Source: Lingula anatina (lineage: Eukaryota > Animalia > Brachiopoda). From it: DNA of 64,000 bases. The DNA lies in the NCBI GenBank assembly GCA_051362555.1, contig CM120649.1, positions 4,154,001-4,218,000 of the forward strand. Reading direction: 5' to 3'. Below, piece after piece: positions 41,189-52,200 of the stretch. The first letter of the stretch is position 1; every line of letters begins with the position of its first letter. Both the position numbers and the translations under genes were made by a program. Below the pieces are notes generated by a model that was not told where the DNA came from, made no database searches, and saw only the letters and a list, made by a program, of their open reading frames with translations.

Positions 41189-43596
41189 AACAAGGCAGCA
41201 AAGCTGTCAAATGTACAGACAAAAAACAGAAAATAAATATGTAAAAAATAGGTCATTTTGTCAATTTTGATGCAATAATAAAAAATGCTGTCAATCAACA
41301 TTCTATCAAAAAAGAAAAAAAAAACAGTATAACTTTTGTGAAAATGGTCTGTTCAAGCTGATTTTCTGACTTGACCTGCGTATTATGAATATTCATCAGT
41401 TCCCAAAGTTTCAAGCCAAAAAGTAAAACGGTTTTCCACTTATTGTGTTCTCAGTGTTGCATATATGGTGAAAAAGTGAAAAAACAAGTAATTTTTTTAA
41501 AAATGGCCAGATCATGCTGATTTTCGAACTTGACCTGCATATTATGAATATTTATCAGTTCTGTGAGTTTCAAACCAAAAGGTAAAATGGTATTCCACTT
41601 ACCTTTTTATCGGTGCTGCATATATGCTGGAAAAAGTGGAAAAAACGCATAAATTCTCTAAAAATGACCCAATCATGCTGATTTTCAAACTTGACTTGCT
41701 TATTATAAATATTTATCAGTTCTGTAAGTTGAAAGCTAAGGTACAATGGTTTTTCCACCTATCGTGTTATTGGTGCTGCATATATGCTGAAAAAATTGAA
41801 ATAAAAACAGCATAAATTCCCTAAAAGTGACCCGATCATGCTGATTTTTGAACTTGACCTGCGTATTAAGAATTTTCATCAGTTCTGTAAGTTTCAAGCC
41901 AAAAGGTAAAATGGTTTTCCACTTATTGTGTTATCGGTGCTGCATATATGTAGACAAGGCAGCAAAGCTGTCAAATGTACAGACAAAGAACAGAAAATAA
42001 AGATGCAAATAAGTGAAAAATTAAATTTTCACAAAAAACTGTTAAATTGCCAGAAAAATTTACCAAACAGACTGCGTTGCTTATTGAAGCTGTATGTTAG
42101 ACCCATGTTTCTTTCCTGTAAGTTTGAGAACAGTAAGTGACATGATTTCCCTTAAATGGTCATCATAGGAGCAGTGCCCAAAATAGGGGTTTCTTCAAAT
42201 TTTGATGCAACATTACATAATGTTTAACAGCATAATGACAATCAAATGTTATTAATAAAATATTAGTTAAAAAAAAAAAAAAAAAAAAAAAAACAGACTG
42301 CATTGCCTACTGAAGCTGTATTTTAGTCCCATGTTTCTATCCTGTAAGTTTGAAAACAGTAAGTGACATGATTTTCCTTAAATGGTCATCATGGAAGCAG
42401 TGCCCAAAATGGGGGTTTCTTCAAATTTTGATGCAATATTACATAATGTTTAACAGCTTAATGACCATCAATTTTTAATTATAAAATATTTGTATCACAG
42501 ATATTCAGAAAATGTGACTAGCAAAGGTCTTCAGGCCCATGGAACTTCAAAGTCACGCCTTGATATATGTCCAACTAAGAAAATTGATGAGATGGGAAAA
42601 GTATCAATAGAACAGTGTTAAATGTCCAATTTCCTCCATTCTGAGATTCTGAACATAGTGGATGATTGAATCTGACAAACTGCAATGATATGAGTTTATT
42701 TCCATTTTTGACACTTTATTACACAATACATGATAACAAGTTTACCATGTTTTTTACATAATCAACTAACAATGTTGTAAAGATGCAGGAAATATCAAAC
42801 AAACACTTTTAGGCATCTTATTAGTTAAATAATGAGACTTTTAACATGCCTAATAATTGAATCTGAGGAAATGTGAAAAAACAGTATAACTTCTTAAGTA
42901 ATGGCCCGATTATGCTTATTTTCGAACTCAACCTGCGTTTAAGTAAGACTGACCACTCCTGTGAGTATAATTACAATTGGCCAATCTGTTTTTCTTATAT
43001 TGTGTTATCAGTGTTGCATTTATATTGAAAATAGTGAAAAAACAGCATAAATTACCTAAAAGTGACCCGATCATGCTGATTTTCGAACTTGACCTGCGTA
43101 TTATGAATATTCATCAGTTCTGTAAGTTTCAAGTCAAAAGGTAAAATGGTTTTCCACTTACTGTGTTATCGGTGCTGCATATATGCTGAAAAAGTGAAAA
43201 AACAGCATAAATTCCCTAAAAATGGCCCAATCATGCCGATTTTCGAACTTGACCTGCATATTATGAATATTCATCAAGTTCTGTAAGTTTCAAGTCAAAA
43301 GGTACAATGGTTTTCCACTTATCGTGTTATCGGTGCTGCATATATGTTGAAAAAAGTGAAAAAACAGCATAAATTCCCTAAGAGTGACCCGATCATGCTG
43401 ATTTTCGAACTTGACCTGCGTATTATGAATATTCATCAGTTCTGCAAGTTTCAAATCAAAAGGCAAAATGGTTTTCCACTTATCGTGTTATCGGTAAAAG
43501 TGCACGGCGACGGCGACGATGGCAACGACGGCGACGGCGACGACAGACGCAGATGATGGCTATATGTACAGGCACATCTGTGTCTGTACATAAAAA
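41189..43596 (-). mobile_element. Helentron/HINE-like composite element with about 160-bp tandem repeats
   Basis: Terminal block AACAAGGCAGCAAAGCTGTCAAATGTACAGAC at 41189, again near 41953, and inverted at about 5290-5318. Repeat units about 160 bp apart (43041, 43201, 43363). (GACGGC)n microsatellite at about 43505-43545. Stem-loop TATGTACAGGCACA-tc-TGTGTCTGTACATA at 43563-43592, then an A run. Confidence 0.72.
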
Positions 43597-43815
43597 TTAG
43601 GCAGCAAAGCTTGCAAAAGTAAAGACAGTACATATTACCAAAGCATTTATTCTGCAATGATCCATCAAAATTGACAGCAAAGCTTGCAAATGTACAGAGA
43701 GCACATAACACCTCTGCATTTATTCTTCAATGATCCGTCCAAAGGACACATCATCTCTTTGTTTACAAATGTCCCATATTTCATACATAATATCAATCTT
43801 TTTTCTCAATTTCAG

Positions 43816-43955
43816 ATAAAACCTGTGCAACATATGAATTCCAACAGCAAGAGATGCTTTACTTTTTAACGTGGACTTCTTTGCTCTGAAAGCAAATTTA
43901 GAAATTATTGTTGAATAACTTGGAAGTTAACCCAATAAAATATCTATAAACAACA
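43816..43955 (+). other. Non-coding terminal exon and polyA signal of the peptide gene
   Basis: Strong acceptor CTTTTTTCTCAATTTCAG ending at 43815; AATAAA at 43934-43939; T-rich tract downstream. Confidence 0.6.
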
Positions 43956-44084
43956 CATATTTTTTTTTTATCAGGAGTGCCATGCAACCTCTTTATTTAT
44001 TAAAAGCAAAGTAATAATAATAAAATTAACAATAATAATAATAATAATCAGGATTTATTGTACCACTTAAAATCTATACAAAAG

Positions 44085-44205
44085 AGAGGCAGAGAGAGAG
44101 ACCATTACAGGATTAAGCAGTCTTCCTTTCATGTAGGATCCACCATATAATTATTTGATCCTTGAACCAGTTGATACTTGGGTCTTCTATTCTAAATGGC
44201 TCCTA
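44085..44205. mobile_element. Diverged partial copy of MITE family B
   Basis: GAGACCATTACAGGATTAAGCAGTCTTCCTTTCATG matches 46753-46788. Confidence 0.6.
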
Positions 44206-44926
44206 AGAGACTTGCATTACATAATTTAGATGTGCTATACTCAGCACCTTGGTGTGAAATGGCTTCCGCTGACAAATACAAATGTAAGTCTGGCAAGGAA
44301 CACATATATTTATTACATATATTTATTACACATATTTGTTACATATAATCCCACAGGGTTAGATACATTACTGGCACAATAAATTTTAATTACTTCTAGC
44401 GGACACTGTAGTCAGAGTGCAGAAAAATATCCATTGCGAGCAATATACCTTTCCAGTTACTGCAACATTTCTGATTCTTAGAGTGGGATCAGCTTCCAAA
44501 CATAGACTCAATCAGTTCATTTCAGTGCGGTGAGTGTGCTAGAGGCGACTTATCATATTTTAATTTGTTTAACAATTGCATTGTTTGTCTCAGTATTCAG
44601 CCTCACTATGCAGGTAAGGTCTGATCCCACACACCCTGTGTTTTTGTCAAGATGTGGATATTTATAGCCAAGAGAGTTTGAAACACAGGGTGGAATGAGC
44701 CAGAAAGTACCTACAGGCCCATAGCCTGCAATTTCAAATAAGGGGTTCTTTTCTGAAACAGTGGACCTTTTACCATAAAACCTTCATGTGCCCAGATCAA
44801 ATATTACCCAGAGGGGACATTTTCCAGAGCTCTTTTTGAAACTAAACATAGCAGTTAATTTTCTGTGTTTTTAATTTGATTTATTTTATTTCATGTACCG
44901 GTAATTTTGTACATGTACCTCTTGCA

Positions 44927-45690
44927 CACGCTCGGCTGTCACCTTGATTGGATAGTAAACGGTTGTCGTAAAATCGCTAAATGATATTAAAACCCGGTGC
45001 ATAAACTTGAAACCACCAAGGACAACCTTGGACTGCCACATTAATCCAATACAATGCAAAAATAAACTAGAACAAGTGGTTAAAGCCTTCAAACCGAATG
45101 TCGTAAAGTCCCCATATACCTCCATAGAGACAATAAATTAGAGTCAGCTTGTGAAACAAAACTCAACCAACTTAAACATAATAATCGAAATAAAATACTG
45201 CCGGGCATCGGAGCGGCCTAAAACTTGGCACGCTTACCGCAAATACTGCAGGCTACATCATCCCGTCACTCGTTTGTAAATTCCGTGCATGGCATACGCA
45301 CAATCAAACCGTAAAGCCAAATTCCACCTCTGATGTTTATTTTGGTCCACTCTAACCTCCAATTAAGAAAAAGAAGCCATGCCATTGGACAATACGACCT
45401 CTGCGGTTACGTCACTTCCTGATTTGAATAGTGTAGAGGACCAAAGTTGGTTGAGTTTTGTTTCACAAGCTGACTCTATTTTATTGTCTCTATGGAGGTA
45501 TATGGGGAGTTTACAACATTCGGTTTGAAGGCTTTAACCACTTGTTCTAGTTTATTTTTGCATTGTATTGGATTAATGTGGCAGTCCAAGGTTGTCCTTG
45601 GTGGTTTCAAGTTTATGCACCGGGTTTTAATATCATTTAGCGATTTTACGACAACCGTTTACTATCCAATCAAGGTGACAGCCGAGCGTG
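44927..45690. mobile_element. Young non-autonomous DNA transposon with 247-bp TIRs and an 8-bp TSD (hAT/P-like)
   Basis: Arms 44927-45173 and 45444-45690 are nearly perfect inverted copies starting CACGCTCGGCTGTCACC; CTCTTGCA is duplicated at 44919-44926 and 45691-45698; 270-bp spacer. Confidence 0.92.
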
Positions 45691-46250
45691 CTCTTGCAGC
45701 TAAAGTAACTTGAGATTAACTTTTGAACCTTACACTTAATGCGTATTGCTTTGCATTTCACATCAAATCCCATAGTTCTTACCTTTTTTTTCCCAATACT
45801 AGTACATGTTCAACGGCTATGCCGCTTTCATTTTGGTAAAGATATCTGACAGATGAAAATTTGTCACTTTCAAAATTATGCTCTGTTTACAATTCCATTT
45901 CCGATGCTGGTGATAGAAAGTACCTAGCCACGATAATGTCGTTATATAGGACAGGTGCCTTTTTCTAGCACTGACCAGTACATGATACATAAAAAACTTT
46001 AAATGATATCAATGTTATATTATCAACGGAAAATGATATTTTGGAGAATACCTGTCGCTTATAGCATTTGATTTTCTTGAACGGCATACTGTCAGTGGAT
46101 ACGTTACTTCACAACTGCGCAAACTCAGCGGAAGTCAGCTGGGCACGTTTTGTAAGGGACCTTTTGTAAGTGGCTTGTCGTAGATTTGCCACAACTGAAG
46201 TGTTTTTTCTTTTCGATAACTCCAGAACCGCTCAGAAGCGTTTTCACACA

Positions 46251-49200
46251 ATGACGATCTTCAGACTTGCCGGGCCTTTTGGGCGGAGGGCATTTTTAAG
46301 TCAACTAAAGGCACGGAAGGTGAGTACGAATCGGCTGCTTAGCTGCTTATGGCTCCGTAACCCGAAAGCATAGCGAATTTCGAATAGCGATATCACCTTT
46401 TATTTCGAGGCTACTATATGGGGCGAGTAAATCCTGAGTTACGGAAAAGAGGCGCTTGCGCTCGGTGGCAATTCGCGATGGTTTTGAGTTACGGAGCCTA
46501 GGTTCCACGCTTGGGAAGTCGTCTTAGAGGCCATTAAGAATGAGAAAAGCCGAGTGCTAGCTTGGACACGACCGAAATATGGCGGACTGACTTCTGCTGA
46601 GTTTGTGCAGTTGTCACCCCTTAATCCTGTAATGGGTTCCCCGCCTCTCACACGCTTCCTCACGCATCACCCCTGCAGGGGCACAGTAATTAAATCTCGT
46701 GTCAATTCAAGTGGTTGAGGCACGAAGCGTGGGGATCTGTGTGAGAGGCGGAGAGACCATTACAGGATAAAGCGGTCTTCCTTTCATGAAGGTCCACCAT
46801 ATTTAGGTCGTGGCCAAGCTAGCACTCAGCTCTTCTTATTCTGAATGGCCTCTTAAGCGGTAGATGAAGCTACAAACTATATTAAATGGCTCTTGTGATG
46901 CTAGACTAGACTACAAGATTTCTGCATTTAAGTAGTAATGAATGCTTTTGTCATTTGATGTGTCTTGTAAGATGATATGATGTTTCCATCTTTAATTGTT
47001 TCAGATCCGTGTGGCTTCCTATGCAAAAGCTGCTGGCAGTGATGAACTGGTAAGTATAAGTAAATGATAACATGCTTTGAGTGTATTCATTTTTATTTGG
47101 TATTACATATAAATTGGTTTGGACAAGACTTGTGTTGTACAAGACCTTAAATGATCTATATTTCTTAATTGTGTATTATATGTACATTGTGTGCCTGTGT
47201 GTGTGGAAAGGGGGTGAGCATCCTTCACTTTCTGAAATTATTATAAATGAGATACCAGTTGAAATGAGGAATTTCAAAAGTTTGTTGTTTTACAGAAGTC
47301 ACAGGAAGTCAAGCTGCTTCGAAACATAGGGGTCTCTGCACATATCGACTCTGGCAAGACAACACTGACTGAAAGGATATTATTCTACACAGGAAGAGTG
47401 GAGGAAATGCACGAGGTAATGCAGTCTATCTGAAAGATGATTCGTAAGGGGCCTTTTAGGCTCTGTTCTCACAACTTTTAGATCGATCTATCACCGCGGG
47501 GAGTCTCACTAGATTACTGTCAGATAATCCCCCTTAAGTGTCCGTCCCCGCCTACTACAAGCTTTAAGGGGTAATTAACTTTCGTGTCTGCCCGGCTGAC
47601 AGCTATTTAGCGTGAACCCCCAGGGAGTTAGGTCGATCCAATGTAGGTCGATCTAATCTATGAGAATGGGGTGTTAAACAGCTACTGATCTAAGTCTATG
47701 AAAATAATGGGACAATGTCCTCATGTAAAAAGAAAAGATGAATTTTGGTAAAATAGATGCATACATTAGTACTCGCAAGGAAAAAGAAAATAAATAAAGG
47801 GCTGAATAAGATTAGAAAGAGAATATATATGCAATCTGGCATGATAGTTTTAGGAGTTGTTATTTGCTTTGGTCACTTTTCTCAGGGGGATTTGCCATCC
47901 TCAGTTGCTCTATATCTAGACGCACAAAGCAGTAAATGCCAAAATTTTTTAACAATATTTCTTTTTAGTTCATTTATATGTTTATTGGTTTTAAAATAAG
48001 TATGAACTTTGAGTTCAGGTGTGACATTTTTAATAATAATGAATAATTCTTCACCATTTGTAAGCATACATAATTTTCATTTCAGGAGATATTTTAAGTT
48101 GTACTGCCAACTAAACATTTTATGGATTTATGACTCTTTATGAATAGGAAAATAGATTGGTAAATAGATTATTCCTACTGCCATTATTATCCTTGTATAG
48201 GTTAAAGGAAAAGATAAAGTTGGTGCAACAATGGACTTCATGGAGCTAGAGAGACAAAGAGGCATCACTATCCAGTCTGCTGCTACTTATACACACTGGA
48301 AAGGACATAATATTAATATTATTGATACTCCAGGTACTTTCTCTCCTTCTCCCTCTCTCTCTCTCTCTCCCTCCCTCCCTTAACAACTCTCATTAAAGAG
48401 ATAGTTATGATTAGGTATTTATTTTCAATTAGAATAATACACTTAAGGAATTTTGTATTAACCCCACTGTATGATAGGTATATTACAGGCCACAAACTTA
48501 AAGTTAGCATTATAACAATGTAGCTCTTTCATATTAGTCACAATGTCGGTATATTACAGGTCATATAGACTTTACAGTAGAAGTGGAGCGTGCTCTCCGC
48601 GTCCTAGATGGCGCCATATTAGTCGTCTGTGCTGTGGGCGGAGTCCAGTGTCAGACGATGACAGTGGACAGACAGATGAGGCGTTACAAGGTTCCGTGTG
48701 TGACTTTTTTGAACAAAATGGATCGATTGGGGGCGGATCACTACAGTGCTTTAACACAAATGAGGTACTGTTTTACTTGATTTTTCTTTTTTTTTTTTTT
48801 CTTTTTTTTTTTTCTTTTTCCTTTTTTTTTTTCAGAAAATGTTGTTAAAGTTTTTTTTTCATTTGCCCCTCAATTTGGTTTTAATTTTCAGACCCAGTTG
48901 GTCTACTTCTGTTCGAGGTGCTTTTATAGTAGTCCACTTATAAAAATTTAAAGTTGGTATTGGTTAAAAACATCACTTTCTTGTTATGAACACCGTTGCA
49001 GTGTTTCATTTACTGGATGTAACACTTCAAATTGGTTCAAAATTTAATTTTTTGTCAACAAAATGTCCTGGCTAATTTTTAGGCTAAAGTCTTAATGTGA
49101 AATGAGTCTTTATTTAAAACATATTGGCGAAGTATTATTTTTATTTTTTTATTTTATTTTTATTATGTCTTCTTTTTCTTCAATCTTCAGAAAACGGCTG

Positions 49201-52200
49201 GAGCATAACTGTGCATTTGTCACGTTACCAGTAGGCAGAGAGTCCCAACACAGTGGGGTCATTGACCTCATAGAGGAGAAAATGTTGACTTTTAATGAGC
49301 CATTTGGGTAGGTGGTGATTAGGCCCTCTTTACACTAGACGGCCTCCTTTCTGCTTCCTGCAGTATGACCCCCTGTTTGAGAATTAAAAAAGCAATACTT
49401 TATGTGCCGCCAACTGGCCAGTCATTGAGCATTTACTGTGCATCCAAAGCGGTGCTTTTGCCTCTCTTCTATGACCAAAGCAATGCCAGAAAGTACGCTG
49501 TCCAGTGTAAAGGGGATTTAGAGAAAGATATCATTCTTTTTTTCTTGCTTTCAAACTTACAAGAAGAAGGGTTTTTTCTTGTCATTTGATGTAATTTTTG
49601 GTAAAGGGTAAAAACTTGAAAATTTTGTCACTTGAAAATTAGTTAATATTTTTAAATGCATGAATCTGACACGACCATATTGAGTGATAAAGAGGCCCAT
49701 TTTAAGGATTGACAAAATTTTCAAAGTGAAAAAAAGTATCAGCAGTGAATCTGCTTCCAACAAAATTTTCAAGACTGTACTGAGGTGATTTCTTTGTCTA
49801 CTAAAACCAGGTCATCTTTATATTTTCTAAAGTATTTTTATTGTATTGGAGTGCTATCCAGTAAGCAGTTTTTTTTTTTCACTCATACTTTTATGTGATT
49901 CTAATGTGATGGCTGACATTCCATATAAACTTATTACAGTACAAATGTAGTGGCGGATGCCATCCCAGCAGACATGTTGGCTGAAGTAAAGGAAAGGAGG
50001 CAAGAGCTGATAGAGTGCGTGGCCAACGCAGACGATCATTTAGGGGAGATCTTTTTGGAGGAGAGGACACCTACCATTCTGGAAATAAAGGTAACCAGGA
50101 AACTTCCGAAAGAAGCATGTTCATATGTGTTGAATGAATGAATAAATGTGTGACTGGGATAAAATTTTTGAGTTGATGGACACTATGAATAGAAGGAAGC
50201 TTGGAGAGGTAAGCTGAGAAGTTGCCCACACACAGACGGGTAAAAAGGTTGAGTTTAAATTAAATTATTATTAATTTAATTGAATTATTTTGATGGATTG
50301 ACTGATGGTCTAAAGTACAGTTCATCAACTTGATTTTTTTTTTAATTTTGAGAGTGGTACAGGTGTAATTATGTATTTAACAATTTGATTGTTTGTTGAT
50401 GGATTTGTTGGACAAAAGTTTTATTGTTTACCTCTATTTTCTTCAAGTTTGGTTACTGAGAACTTGAGAAGGGTTGGTTGGTTGATCCAAGTGCTTTATA
50501 GACCAGCAGGGGCGGATCCAGAGCTATTTACTGACAGTCTTCCAAATTATCTTTGTTGGTCCATCCTCCAATTTTGACCGTCTTCCAACAGAAAAAATTA
50601 GATACCCGTCAAATGTTTACTTGAAAATCTGACCGTCATCTGGAAGACCCAAAAGACGGCCTAAATCTGCCCCTGACCAAAGTACAATTGATCAACTTGA
50701 TTTTTTCAAACTCAGTGAGTAAAAAGGGAATACAGAAACAGATGTAGAACAATTTTAAGTACGGTCCTCTTCCATTCAGGCGGCCATAAGAAGAGCGGTG
50801 ATAAGTCAACAGTTTAATCCGGTCTTCTGTGGATCAGCACTGAAAAATAAAGGCGTCCAACCTCTTCTGGACGGGGTGGTTGATTACTTGCCAAATCCTA
50901 CAGAAGTTGAAAACTTTGGGATGGTGGAAAACAAAGACCCTTCTGGGAAAAAGTAAGTAGCATATTGAGGTCCAAAGTGAAATTTTGTTATCAGGTTTTG
51001 AAAGCATTAATAACATTGAATTTTATTGAAATTGAATTTTAATACTTTGCAAGTTTATGAGAAAAAAAATTAGTCCACATTGACTCGAGAATCAAGAAAG
51101 ACTAGTAGTCCCACAAGTGAAATACTTTGTGCCCATTTCACAACTAGAAAGACATTGGCAATGTTTCATACCAACACATTATTTATTCATTATTGGACTT
51201 TAATAATTGTACCACCAGCGTTAGCGCTGGCGGTACACATGGTTTCGGTCCCGTCCGGATCGTTCCGCCGGCTCCGCCGGCTCCGTTGGCTCCGCCGGCT
51301 CCGCCGGACGGCTACCGTTACCGCTTCTCCTCCTAGACGGTAAGGGCCCCCGTACCCATCTCATGGATTTAGGTCACCTATAATCTCAACTCGTTCCACG
51401 TAAAATTTGGGCTTTGTCGGTATTGGGGTCTGGGTGTGGCACTCATTGCAATGCACCCTTGTCTAAAAATAGCAAAATTAAATGCTAATTATCTACCCTA
51501 CGGAAGGAGTTATGGGAAAAATTTCTATAGACGGCTTTCCAAAAGTCATATGTGTAGATTTCAAATGTACCCTTGGATTTGACCTTTGACCTTTACTTCA
51601 AGGTCAAATGGGCCAAAATTTTCAAAAAAATGAAATTTTTTACGAAAAAAATTTTTTTTGCCCTGTTATTCAGACACCACACAGACTTAACCAATAATAT
51701 TATTGGAAAGTGTTACCCTTCAGGTCATCTTTCATCTCCATGAATTTGGGGTCAATCGGTGCATTTTCACGGGAGTAGCGGCCATAAGATACCGAAACTG
51801 AAAACTGTCTCTAATTCGGGAACCGTTAATGCTAGAGACCCATTCTTTTTTGCATTTTGTAGAGCATGTAAAGCCCAACACTGGAGGTGGTCTCGGTTTT
51901 TTTGTATTCCATACGGTTTTCGAGTTACGCTGTATCAAAAAGTACATATTGGTGGTAAAAGCAAAATGTGCAGTACGGTAATGGATAATAAATTTTGAAC
52001 TCGGGAAAAATAAAACATAAGGCTTGGCAAAGCAGACAACTTGTGTTCAAAAATGACATTATTTCATCAAATTTGAACTTCTGAAACTTCAGAGCACATC
52101 CTATTTCAAGAATTTTGACCAAAATGACATTTTCTTTATTTTAATTAATTTTTTCTGTACGAAATTTAAGGCACATTATGGTAACTCCAAAATTATAACA

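Noticed and set aside
44886-45713. Two near-identical ORFs (MEVYG.FTTFGLKAL...) on opposite strands
   Set aside because: They are the two TIRs of one transposon, not a duplicated gene.
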